A stretch of 64,000 nucleotides of DNA, from positions 79,833 through 143,832 of the forward strand of contig CAYSUI010000001.1 of assembly GCA_964434195.1 (NCBI GenBank), in the 5' to 3' direction. Origin of the DNA: an uncultured Candidatus Saccharibacteria bacterium (lineage in GTDB: Bacteria > Patescibacteriota > Doudnabacteria > UBA920). The position numbers and the translations under genes were made by a program. The notes beneath the pieces are model-generated. The model was not told the origin of the DNA. It made no database searches and was given only the letters and a program-made list of their open reading frames with translations. Of this stretch, positions 1 through 9,259 are shown piece by piece (the first letter of the stretch is position 1; the number at the start of each line of letters is the position of its first letter).

Positions 1-120
1 TTCTTGAGACTAGCAAAGTTATTCAGGAATTTATCATGGAACTCCCAATTATAAAATAGCTATATTAGCTATTTTTTAATTAGGAATTTTGAGAATAAAA
101 AAGACACGGATTCGTGTCTG

Positions 121-1011
121 TTATTTTTCGTAGTTTTCGACGAACTTGGGTCGGCCTTTTTTGGGTAAGGCTGAATTCCCCAGTTTTTCGATAACGATTT
201 GCTCTAAAGCCAGAATGTAAGTGGCCGCGTCTTGCTTCTCTTTTTCTTGAGCGGAGATAGTTGCGTCGCGTTGCTTACACCCACCACACTGAACGTTCAC
301 GGTAACAAAATCTCTCTTGAGATGTGGGGTAATTGTCTGCCCAGAACTTGCTTTACCAATCCTCCTAACCCGCACCACACCAACAGGCTCGATTTTCTTG
401 GCTCGTTTGTGAACGTCGATATCTTCGTGGGGTTTTGCTGTTGGCACGACATAGCGACGATGGACATGGAAGTTTACAATTCTGTAGAAGTTTACTTTGT
501 CGTAAACAGAGTATTGACTACAGTAATCCCTGAAGATTGAGTTGTAGTCTTTCTTCCTCTCGTCTGAGTTATCTTGGTAGATCGAAACCTGCAAAGTCAT
601 ATAACTGAGCGCTTCGTCACCAATGAGTAAGAAAGTCTCTTTCTCGAACAAACTTACCAATAACTCCCACATTCCAAGCGTCTTGCCGTTTGGTAAGTCG
701 TAGTGGCTTAGGAAGTCGTCGAGAGAATTGAACTTGTAGTCAAGCCAAAAACTTCCACAGGTTTTGAGCTTATTAAATACGAATACGCTGTCGTACTTGT
801 ATGACAAACCTTTCTCTCTTTGCTTGAAAAGTTCGGCGAGTAAGTCTTTAACCTCACTCGGGAGCTTCATTCTGTCTAGCTCCAATGTGAATGGTGTTCG
901 CCTGAGTGAGAGCCTTAGCTTGTCTTGAGGTTTTTGGTCGGAATGAACAATTCCGGGGATTCCCGCTGACCTTCTTTTTTCCGCGAATACTGTGAATACT
1001 TGTGCTTCCAA
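121..1011 (-). CDS. Hypothetical protein (296 aa; CxxC and coiled-coil near the C-terminus)
   Basis: Long ORF with an AAGGAG SD before a TTG start; 12 bp downstream of 1024..2064; no family recognised. Confidence 0.7.
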   Translation of the reverse strand: MEAQVFTVFAEKRRSAGIPGIVHSDQKPQDKLRLSLRRTPFTLELDRMKLPSEVKDLLAELFKQREKGLSYKYDSVFVFNKLKTCGSFWLDYKFNSLDDFLSHYDLPNGKTLGMWELLVSLFEKETFLLIGDEALSYMTLQVSIYQDNSDERKKDYNSIFRDYCSQYSVYDKVNFYRIVNFHVHRRYVVPTAKPHEDIDVHKRAKKIEPVGVVRVRRIGKASSGQTITPHLKRDFVTVNVQCGGCKQRDATISAQEKEKQDAATYILALEQIVIEKLGNSALPKKGRPKFVENYEK

Positions 1012-1023
1012 TTTGATCTCCTT

Positions 1024-2064
1024 TTAGATTGCTTCGAGGTTGTGTTGTTTCAAGACTTTTAACCTGTCTTGGTTTTTTTTAGCGAGATATAACGTTATGG
1101 CTTTTTGGTGCTTACCGCACACATGCCACTGACTGGTTTCTTCTTTGCTTACTTCACACCCAGGCACTGCGCATTTGGTCTCAGTCCAGCCCTTACAGAA
1201 CCGTAAGAATTCTGGAGAGTATTTGGACTTACTGTCTGAATGGTACTGCTGGTAGAAATGTGCGTGTTTTCTTGTGCAGAAATAATTTTGTTGCTTCCCT
1301 ACCCTAACTTTGGGGATGTCGAATTCTTCCCCGCAGAGAGAACACCTTACTTCTACCCTACTTCCGGACTTTACTGCGAGCTCTTGTCGGTTTAAATTGT
1401 GAAGAGCTTTTTTTCTTGATTCAGAACGATTCCATTCCGTTTTTTTATGTAAGTCGCAAGCAATACAGAAAGTGTCCCAACTGTAATTTCTATGGTCTTC
1501 TAGTTCCATAGTTTTACCACAGGAAAGACAGAATTCCAGATCGACGACTTTGCCACCCAAAGTTTCCGCCTTTTCCCTGAGTTGCCTTAACCATAAATAG
1601 ACTGTTTCGAGGGTTGAGTCACAGTAAACTGCAATGTGACCGTTTGAAGAGAAGCAGAATTTACCGCTTCTGTGAATTGTAAAATCGAAAGTTAGAACCA
1701 GGAAATCTTCCAGTCTTTCAGGTGCATGGAAACTCGGTTTACAGACAATATTTCCGGAAGGGAATTTTCCGTAACGTGGTTTCCATAACTGTCCAAACAC
1801 TTCTGGGTTTTGTAGGTCGAGCCTTGAAAGCCGAAGCGTTGGCGCGTCGCTATAGGAGAGGAAATGCTGATTCCCTTGTTCGTCTACAACAATTATGGAA
1901 GGTGTGCTGTTGAAGAACGGGAGAATATTCAGAGCATCTGGATCGTTATCTGCATTAGCCCTGATTTCTTTAATAGTATCTTCCTTACCCTTAAGCAGTT
2001 TCCAGACAGCGACTTGATCACAGCCTGGTTCACCTAAGAGATAAACTTTAGTACTGTCATTCAT
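1024..2064 (-). CDS. Multi-zinc-finger hypothetical protein
   Basis: 346-aa ORF with AAGGGGG SD; Cys/His clusters CLSC..CIAC, CSLC..CTRKH, CAVPGC..CGKH. Confidence 0.75.
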   Translation of the reverse strand: MNDSTKVYLLGEPGCDQVAVWKLLKGKEDTIKEIRANADNDPDALNILPFFNSTPSIIVVDEQGNQHFLSYSDAPTLRLSRLDLQNPEVFGQLWKPRYGKFPSGNIVCKPSFHAPERLEDFLVLTFDFTIHRSGKFCFSSNGHIAVYCDSTLETVYLWLRQLREKAETLGGKVVDLEFCLSCGKTMELEDHRNYSWDTFCIACDLHKKTEWNRSESRKKALHNLNRQELAVKSGSRVEVRCSLCGEEFDIPKVRVGKQQNYFCTRKHAHFYQQYHSDSKSKYSPEFLRFCKGWTETKCAVPGCEVSKEETSQWHVCGKHQKAITLYLAKKNQDRLKVLKQHNLEAI

Positions 2065-2129
2065 AGATTACCCCCTTTTGAAATGCTTTGTATTTATACC
2101 CGTTTGTCTCGGAATTGTCTATAATAAAC

Positions 2130-2154
2130 AAAAGACTCCGCTGATGGCGGAGCC
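2130..2154 (-). terminator. Intrinsic terminator
   Basis: Minus strand GGCTCCGC-CATCA-GCGGAGTC followed by TTTT. Confidence 0.7.
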
Positions 2155-2320
2155 TTGATTTCTATTTGATACCCCACTCACAAGTGTAAGGTAACAGGCA
2201 TACGCCTATAAACCTTAACTTGGTGCTAATAGCAATCAGTAGGAGGGATCATGACTGCTTTCGCGACTTGCAAGTAGGGTGCCAAATAGAAACTGTGTTA
2301 AAAAATTACCCTTGAATTTA
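2130..2320 (-). ncRNA. Candidate ~190-nt structured RNA or attenuator leader
   Basis: 27-bp closing stem (2159-2292) with 4 G-U pairs only on the minus strand; internal hairpins; flanked by a promoter and a terminator. Confidence 0.6.
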
Positions 2321-2326
2321 TACCTC

Positions 2327-2355
2327 ATTTTACTCTGATTTTGCTTTTTTGTCAA
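2327..2355 (-). promoter_or_regulatory. Sigma70-type promoter
   Basis: Minus strand TTGACA-17 bp-TAAAAT. Confidence 0.75.
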
Positions 2356-2362
2356 TACCCAT

Positions 2363-2386
2363 AAAAAAATAGAGTAAATACTCTAT
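2363..2386 (-). terminator. Probable intrinsic terminator of the large RNA
   Basis: ATAGAGTA-TT-TACTCTAT followed by a T run on the minus strand. Confidence 0.55.
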
Positions 2387-2402
2387 AAAATAGCCAAAAA
2401 TA

Positions 2403-2792
2403 GCGGTCGAGCGGTTTTTATACCGAGGGGAGCCACCCCACCTAGAACACAGGCTTTTAGCGGCTTATTAGCCTAGCATCGAGCTCGAGCGTGCTGGTGC
2501 CTGCGTCACATCCTTTAGTAACTTCTAGAGCTCCACTCTCTATTGTCTAACAACTCACATGCAGTGAGGAAGTACTAATTTTATCGGTAATCATCCCTAC
2601 TAATTATTAGTTTGGCGCCTCCGTTAAATTTTATACGTCTCCTAAGGGAAATACACCTCACACAATGCGAGGCTTCGGTGCCTTGTTGTTATATACCGAA
2701 TTCAGGCTCCCTAAAAGGGAATAGATAATTAAAACCCGTAGCCGCAGCTTGGGTTTATGGCCTCTGTCTTAACCGACGGGATTCTCGACCAC
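2403..2792 (-). ncRNA. Candidate ~390-nt large structured ncRNA
   Basis: No long ORF; 5' GUGGUCGAG pairs with 3' CUCGACCGC; more than 10 internal helices with G-U pairs favouring the minus strand; TATAAT at 2799-2804. Confidence 0.65.
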
Positions 2793-2839
2793 AACCATAT
2801 TATACCTTCAAGCAACGGGATTGTATATTTTACTCCATC

Positions 2840-2983
2840 TTTCGTATTTTTTTGCTCTTTTTTTCTCCACCGGAGGGAGCACCCTTTATACCAGAACCGG
2901 CAAAGCCGGATTCTCGATATAAAGGGTTCGCTATTTACCCTGCCGCGTACGCCTCCAAAAAAAAGAACAAAAGAAATACGAAA
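2840..2983. repeat. Nested imperfect palindrome containing an AAA-loop hairpin element
   Basis: TTTCGTATTT...AAATACGAAA outer arms; inner ACCCTTTATA..CCGGC-AAA-GCCGG..TATAAAGGGT. Confidence 0.6.
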
Positions 2984-3062
2984 TCTGAAGAAAAATCTGC
3001 AATCGAACTTATATGAATATTAGAGAGTTGCGAGTTTTTGGGGGTGAGGGTATTGTTTGGGC

Positions 3063-4136
3063 ATGGAAATGGATATTTACAGACATATATTATATAGAGT
3101 AAATGAGTGGCGAGGAGCAGTTTTGGAAAAACTCATCTCTAAATTCGGAAACGAGCTATCGGTTTTGAAGGCTGATAAAAAAGCTTTAGTAGATTTTGGA
3201 TTAAGTGAGTTACTGGCTATTAGAATATCGGATGCTTTATCTAAATTTGAACCTGAGACTGAGCAAAACTTACTTAATAATCAGGGAATAAAAATTTTAT
3301 CTCCAAGCAATCCCAACTTCCCAACCCTACTGAGACAAGTAGATGATTCACCTGGGATACTCTATTACCGTGGAGATATCTCTATTTTGAGCAAGAGGTG
3401 TTTATCCGTAGTTGGCTCAAGAAGAGTGAGTGGTTATGGGCAAAGTGCTATGCAGAAAATATTTCCTCAGGTTGTCAAAAGTGAAATTGTTACTGTATCT
3501 GGCCTAGCTTATGGTGTAGATGGATTAATCGCAAAAATAGCTGTTGAAAACAAATTTCCAACAGTAGCTGTACTCGGAGGAGGTATAGACAAAAATAGCA
3601 TTTATCCTAAAACTCATGTATTACTTTCGGAAAGGATAATAGAAAATTGTGGATGCTTAGTTTCTGAATACCCACCTGGTACTCCCCCGCTCCCCCATCA
3701 TTTCGTAGCCAGAAATAGAATAATAGCCGGACTAAGCGAAGCTACCTTAGTAGTTGAAGCAGCCCAGAAAAGTGGCTCTCTAATTACAACAGATTTTGCT
3801 TTAAGTAACGGGAGAGATGTTCTTGCTATACCGAGCCCAATTACTAATGAAAATTCCGAAGGCAGTAACAAACTCATAAAGGATGGTGCGCGTGTGGTGA
3901 CATGTGCTCAAGATATACTTGAGATATATGGTATAGTAGAATCACAAGAAAATTCGCATGTACTTAACAAAATAGAAAGCGAATTGTTTGAAATAATCTC
4001 TAATCAACCCACAGAAGTGGACACCTTAATAGAACAATCTGGTTATAACTTTTCGGAAGTGCTTACTACAATAACTAATTTGGAGTTAATAAAATTAATT
4101 AAAAAACTACCAACTGGCGAATATATAAAAGTATGA
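3063..4136 (+). CDS. dprA: DNA-processing protein DprA
   Basis: VVGSR, VSGLAYGVD, VLGGG, SEYPPG, RNRIIAGLS, VVEAAQKSGSLIT motifs. Confidence 0.95.
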   Translation: MEMDIYRHILYRVNEWRGAVLEKLISKFGNELSVLKADKKALVDFGLSELLAIRISDALSKFEPETEQNLLNNQGIKILSPSNPNFPTLLRQVDDSPGILYYRGDISILSKRCLSVVGSRRVSGYGQSAMQKIFPQVVKSEIVTVSGLAYGVDGLIAKIAVENKFPTVAVLGGGIDKNSIYPKTHVLLSERIIENCGCLVSEYPPGTPPLPHHFVARNRIIAGLSEATLVVEAAQKSGSLITTDFALSNGRDVLAIPSPITNENSEGSNKLIKDGARVVTCAQDILEIYGIVESQENSHVLNKIESELFEIISNQPTEVDTLIEQSGYNFSEVLTTITNLELIKLIKKLPTGEYIKV

Positions 4137-5305
4137 ACGCTAAAAAAATAATACCGATTATTATCGGGATACTCTTTGCACTTGCAATTGCATTTGGCCT
4201 GATTCAAAGAAATAATAGTCCAGAACTTGAAAGCTTAAAGGCTTCACCGCAGCTTACAAGCCAGACAACCAATGGATCGTTTAACGATATTTTCCATACT
4301 GCGGAGAGTTTAAAAAATCAACAAGAGCAGGGAGTTCTCGCCACTACGTTTATTGCGGGTGGCGATATTAGTTTGTCTAGAAATATTGCTTATGTTATAG
4401 ACCAGAAAAAAGATCCATTAATTCCATTTTCTGGTGTAGCCAACCTATTATCATCAACTGATTTTAATTTCGCCAACCTGGAAACTCCATTTTCTAATTC
4501 TGATTTTTATACCCCTAAAAATACGCTAGTATTTAATGCACCGAAAAAAAATATTGAGGGGTTGGTGAAATACAATTTCAAAATAGTTAATCTTGCGAAT
4601 AATCATGCATTTGATCAGGGATTAATTGGTTTAAAGACAACGAGAGATTGGTTGGATAAAAATAATATTGCCCATATAGGAACCGGGGAAACTCTTACGG
4701 AAGCTAACACACCAAAAGTAGTCACGAGCAATGGAATAAGGATATTATTTATGGGATTTTCTTATTCTTCTATTAATGACGGAGGTAAAGCAAGAAATAA
4801 CTATGTAGCTCGTATGGAAGATTTTGTTGAGGATGTAAAATCTGGCAGTAATCCGGTGAGTTTCTGGAAAAAAGAGTTGGGAGCAGACTATGCGGTAGTA
4901 ACCATGCACGGTGGGATTGAATATACCAGACAACCAGATAAACTACAGACTGAGTTTGCAAGAAGCGCTATTGATGCCGGTGCGGATATGGTTATAGGCG
5001 CTCACCCACACTGGGTTCAAACAATAGAGAAATACAATGGAAGATATATATTTTATTCACTGGGAAATTTTATATTTGATCAAAATTGGAGCAAGGAAAC
5101 CTCTGAGGGGTTACTTTTAAAAATCAGCTTGAATAAAAAGCCTGTCTCAGAATTACAAGGCAACCCGGTTAATGCCCAACTCAAAGAAGTAGAACTGATA
5201 CCAATAATAATAGAGAACAACTCAACACCTAGACCAGCGAATGAGAAAGAGAGAATTGAAATATTAAAAAAAATAAAAATGGATACAAATAAACTGTATC
5301 CTTAA
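4133..5305 (+). CDS. CapA/PgsA-family (poly-gamma-glutamate synthesis-like) metallophosphatase-fold protein
   Basis: GDI, NLETP, LANNHAFD, HGGIEY, GAHPHW, YSLGNFIFDQ motifs; N-terminal TM segment. Confidence 0.88.
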   Translation: MNAKKIIPIIIGILFALAIAFGLIQRNNSPELESLKASPQLTSQTTNGSFNDIFHTAESLKNQQEQGVLATTFIAGGDISLSRNIAYVIDQKKDPLIPFSGVANLLSSTDFNFANLETPFSNSDFYTPKNTLVFNAPKKNIEGLVKYNFKIVNLANNHAFDQGLIGLKTTRDWLDKNNIAHIGTGETLTEANTPKVVTSNGIRILFMGFSYSSINDGGKARNNYVARMEDFVEDVKSGSNPVSFWKKELGADYAVVTMHGGIEYTRQPDKLQTEFARSAIDAGADMVIGAHPHWVQTIEKYNGRYIFYSLGNFIFDQNWSKETSEGLLLKISLNKKPVSELQGNPVNAQLKEVELIPIIIENNSTPRPANEKERIEILKKIKMDTNKLYP

Positions 5306-5545
5306 TTAACTTAACCAGGGATTTCTTGACCTTTGGGATTTTTCTGGAAGAACAAACCAGAAGAGGAAAATTGAAAAGAATATACAAATTGATCCCATAA
5401 GTAATGCACAAAAAAAATGGATTAATACAATTCCAATAGATTGTGCGATAACAATGGTTTTCACTAAAGCATTAGCTCCTGCAAAAATCATTAAAAAAGC
5501 CAATAACCAACACACAATTGAAAAAAGCCTAGATCCTAATTTCAT
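5306..5545 (-). CDS. Small membrane protein (orphan)
   Basis: GGAGG SD before ATG 5545; two hydrophobic segments. Confidence 0.55.
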   Translation of the reverse strand: MKLGSRLFSIVCWLLAFLMIFAGANALVKTIVIAQSIGIVLIHFFCALLMGSICIFFSIFLFWFVLPEKSQRSRNPWLS

Positions 5546-5707
5546 ATAGGGCCTCCGTGAAATTACTTTCAGAAATACTGATGAAGTTATCACAATAAAT
5601 AAAAAGTTTCAATAGAGCTTATTTGACAACACGTGAACCCGTATGTAGAATCTGTTTTGTTACTTAAATAAGTCGCAGTATACTTACAACATATATAAAA
5701 TATCTTA

Positions 5708-7993
5708 ATGTCTAAACCATTAATAATAGTAGAGTCTCCTACAAAAGCTAAAACAATTTCTAGATTCCTTTCGGGCCATTATGACGTAGAGGCGTCTTTT
5801 GGTCATGTAAGAGACCTACCTAAGAGTAAAATGGGTATAGATATAGAGCATAATTTTACCCCAACTTATACCATACCAACCAAGGCCAAGGAAACAATTA
5901 AGAATCTTAAAGCTAAAGCCAAAAATGCCTCTGAAATCATTCTCGCGACTGATGAAGACCGCGAAGGAGAAGCTATTTCTTGGCATTTAGTACAAGCGCT
6001 TGGATTAGGTGATGAAAAGGAAATAAATTCTGGAAAAGCAGACAAGCGAATAAAAAGAATAGTCTTTCATGAAATAACTAAAACTGCGATAGATCACGCG
6101 TTAAAAAACCCAAGAGAACTTGACTTAAATCTAGTAGACGCTCAGCAAGCCAGAAGAATCCTAGATAGACTTGTAGGCTATGAACTGTCTCCTTTCCTAT
6201 GGAAGAAAATTCGTTATGGTCTTTCTGCTGGCCGCGTACAAAGCGTAGCTGTGCGATTAATAGTAGAAAGAGAAAGAGAAATAGAAAAATTTGTATCGGA
6301 AGAATATTGGAGCATAGAAGCAGATCTTTCTAAAATTGGACAGAAACAAACTTTTACAGCAAAGCTCATAAAAATTGCCGACAGAAGCGTAGGCAAAATG
6401 GATATTAAAAATGAAACTGAATCGAAGGAAATTGTTAAAGATCTAGAAGGTGCTAGTTATACAGTAAAGGAAATTACTAAAAAGGAAGTAAGGAGAAATC
6501 CTTCTCCCCCATTCACAACCAGCACACTCCAACAGGAAGCTGCTAGAAAATTTGGCATGAGCGCAAAGCAAACTATGGTTATCGCTCAGCAATTATATGA
6601 AGGTATCCATTTACCTGGTGAAGGTGGTAGCACTGGTCTTATAACATATATGCGTACGGATAGTGTAAATATTGCTAAGACCGCGCTTGATCAGGCCAGG
6701 GAATTAATACTTTCAGAATTTGGTAATGACTATACTCTGACAGAACCAAGATTGTTTGCGAATAAGAGTAAGGGCGCACAAGAAGCCCATGAAGCAATTA
6801 GACCTACGGATCTTTTCAGAAAACCAGAGAGTGTAAAAGAGCATTTAGATAAAAACCAATATAAGATTTACGACCTTATCTGGAAAAGAACTATCGCATG
6901 CCAAATGACTAATGCTGTTTTGGACCATACGAGCGTAGATATTTCTGCAGATAAAGAGACTCGTAATTTTACTTTTAGAGCGAATGGTCAGGTAGTGAAA
7001 TTCGATGGATTTATTCGTGCATACACTGAAGGAACTGACGAAAAGAGTGAGGATGAGATAGAAGGAGCACTACCTGAACTCAGCGAAAATGAGAAACTCA
7101 ATCTACAAGAGCTAAAACCCTTACAACATTTTACTGAACCCCCACCAAGGTACAGTGATGCCACACTTATTAAAGCATTGGAAGCTCATGGTGTCGGCAG
7201 ACCTTCTACTTATGCACCTACATTAACTACAATTCAAGACCGAGGATACGCAGTCAAAGAAGACAAAAAGTATAGACCTACAGACGAAGGTGTACTTGTG
7301 AATGATATGTTAGTGGAAAACTTTCCAGAAATTGTGGATATTAACTTTACTTCACATATAGAAGAAGGTTTTGACGATATAGCTGAAGGAAAACAAAAGT
7401 GGGAACCAGTTATTGCAGAATTTTATACACCTTTTAAAGCTCATTTAATAGAAAAGGAAGCAACTGTTGAGAAGCAAATCAAGGAATCAACCACTCCTTG
7501 TCCACATTGTGGTAAGATGATGCTCATAAAGTTTGGTCGCATGGGTCAATTTTTAGCCTGCCCGGACCCTGAAAGCAAAATTACCCAACCTATGCCTGAA
7601 GAGGCGGCAAAAATAGCCGAACTAACAGATAAGACTAAAGGTGAGATTTGCCCTATTTGTTCTAAACCTATGGAAGTGAAACGTGGTAGATTTGGATATT
7701 TTCTTGGTTGCACAGATTACCCAAAATGCAAAGGTATTTCCAAAATTTGGAATAAACTTGGTTTTAAATGTCCTAATTGCCCTAACGTTGGCATTAACCC
7801 ACCCGGGGATATTGTAGAAAAAAAAGCGAGAGGCAGAGGTAAACCATTTTATGCATGTACTAAATACCCTGAATGTACGCTTATAATGAATAAGAAACCT
7901 GAAAGTGTAACCGAACTTCAGGAGTTATATGAGAATTGGAAGACAAATCCCCCAAAAACCAAAAAAAACTATAAGAAAAAAACATCCGCGTAA
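5708..7993 (+). CDS. topA: DNA topoisomerase I
   Basis: IVESPTKAKTI, DEDREGE, SAGRVQS, ITYMRTDS (catalytic Tyr), C-terminal Zn ribbons. Confidence 0.98.
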   Translation: MSKPLIIVESPTKAKTISRFLSGHYDVEASFGHVRDLPKSKMGIDIEHNFTPTYTIPTKAKETIKNLKAKAKNASEIILATDEDREGEAISWHLVQALGLGDEKEINSGKADKRIKRIVFHEITKTAIDHALKNPRELDLNLVDAQQARRILDRLVGYELSPFLWKKIRYGLSAGRVQSVAVRLIVEREREIEKFVSEEYWSIEADLSKIGQKQTFTAKLIKIADRSVGKMDIKNETESKEIVKDLEGASYTVKEITKKEVRRNPSPPFTTSTLQQEAARKFGMSAKQTMVIAQQLYEGIHLPGEGGSTGLITYMRTDSVNIAKTALDQARELILSEFGNDYTLTEPRLFANKSKGAQEAHEAIRPTDLFRKPESVKEHLDKNQYKIYDLIWKRTIACQMTNAVLDHTSVDISADKETRNFTFRANGQVVKFDGFIRAYTEGTDEKSEDEIEGALPELSENEKLNLQELKPLQHFTEPPPRYSDATLIKALEAHGVGRPSTYAPTLTTIQDRGYAVKEDKKYRPTDEGVLVNDMLVENFPEIVDINFTSHIEEGFDDIAEGKQKWEPVIAEFYTPFKAHLIEKEATVEKQIKESTTPCPHCGKMMLIKFGRMGQFLACPDPESKITQPMPEEAAKIAELTDKTKGEICPICSKPMEVKRGRFGYFLGCTDYPKCKGISKIWNKLGFKCPNCPNVGINPPGDIVEKKARGRGKPFYACTKYPECTLIMNKKPESVTELQELYENWKTNPPKTKKNYKKKTSA

Positions 7994-8004
7994 TCGGATG
8001 TTTT

Positions 8005-9231
8005 TTAATCGTTTCTGGAAAATATTTCATATTCGAATATTGTGAGCATTGCAGCCCTCCACCAACCAAGGAAGTCTTTAAAAAACCAAAAATGAGCACA
8101 CTGTTTTGCAAAATAAGCCAACCTACCTGTTACATACCAATTACCATGCTTCATGATCGCCCACTGCCCCCCGATCATTATGACGTACCCATGAGGGGGG
8201 CAATTATATGCTGGGGGTTTTTGATTTTTTAACAGTAGTGGAAATATTCTTCCTAGGTATTCTGCATGTCTTATTGCAGACTGCGCAGTGGGAGGACTAA
8301 CGATACCATCTTGAGAGGTGAAGCAACTATTATCACCAAGCACGTAGGCATTTGAATAATCTTTAATCTGAAAATATTCATTAACTTTTATACGCCCCTT
8401 AGGGTCAATCTCTGTTTTTTGCACTATTGGAACTTGAGTAGACTTAACCCCGGCTGCCCAAATGAGAACATCATAGGTCTCTCGTTCACCATTTTTAAGC
8501 TCAAAGATACCAGGATCCACTTTAGAAATCAGACTCATTAAGGAAATCCTAACCCCCAGATCTCTCAATCTTTCACTAGCGTCTCTGCTGAGCCTAGAAT
8601 CTAACCCAGGAATGAGCTCGCTGGCACCCTCGATAACCTGAATTTCAATTTTCTCTCTTGGAAAGCCATTTTTCCATGCAACATGATTAACTAGCTTTAC
8701 CAACTCGCCAGCGACCTCAACACCAGTATACCCACCCCCTGCCACTACAATCCTAACCAGCTTCTTCTTTACATCGCTTCTACCTCTTTGGACTGAAAAT
8801 TCCACTGCGTTTTTTATTCGTAACGCATCTTGGAAGGTTTTAAGAGGTAAAGCATTTTCTTTTGCTCCTGCAATTCCAAAGTATTCACTTTCTGAACCTA
8901 GAGCTAGGAAAATATGCTCATATTCAATACTCTTAGATTGCATACTTACTGTTTTCTTTTGTAAGTCTATGCTCTTAACCTCAGCTTCTATAAAATTTAC
9001 ACCTAAATTCTTAAGTACTTTTGAGAGACTAAACGAGACACTTTTTTTAAGATCTTCCTGTGTAACTAATTCTTCTTCGGCTGTGGCTACTTCGTATATT
9101 TCCGGTGTAAACAAAAAAAATTCGGTTCTGTTAACCAAAGTTATATCACTCCCCTTAAAAAACCTGGCTAGTCTTTTAGCCAGAGTAAGACCCGCAAAGC
9201 CCCCACCTATTATTAAATATTTGGTTTTCAT
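8005..9231 (-). CDS. ndh: Type II NADH dehydrogenase-family FAD-dependent oxidoreductase
   Basis: GGGFAG and GGGYTGVEVAGE Rossmann motifs; WAAGV; GD..PPTAQ. Confidence 0.88.
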   Translation of the reverse strand: MKTKYLIIGGGFAGLTLAKRLARFFKGSDITLVNRTEFFLFTPEIYEVATAEEELVTQEDLKKSVSFSLSKVLKNLGVNFIEAEVKSIDLQKKTVSMQSKSIEYEHIFLALGSESEYFGIAGAKENALPLKTFQDALRIKNAVEFSVQRGRSDVKKKLVRIVVAGGGYTGVEVAGELVKLVNHVAWKNGFPREKIEIQVIEGASELIPGLDSRLSRDASERLRDLGVRISLMSLISKVDPGIFELKNGERETYDVLIWAAGVKSTQVPIVQKTEIDPKGRIKVNEYFQIKDYSNAYVLGDNSCFTSQDGIVSPPTAQSAIRHAEYLGRIFPLLLKNQKPPAYNCPPHGYVIMIGGQWAIMKHGNWYVTGRLAYFAKQCAHFWFFKDFLGWWRAAMLTIFEYEIFSRND

Positions 9232-9259
9232 AGGTATTACTATATCTCCGAGAATAGGC

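Noticed and set aside
2403-2792. RNase P RNA, tmRNA or a self-splicing intron
   Set aside because: Diagnostic motifs are absent on the folding strand; the + strand GAGGAAG and CGGCTTA occur in the wrong order. A covariance-model search is still needed to exclude these formally.
2757-3023. 88-aa ORF
   Set aside because: Crosses a promoter and a palindrome; no RBS; low-complexity translation.
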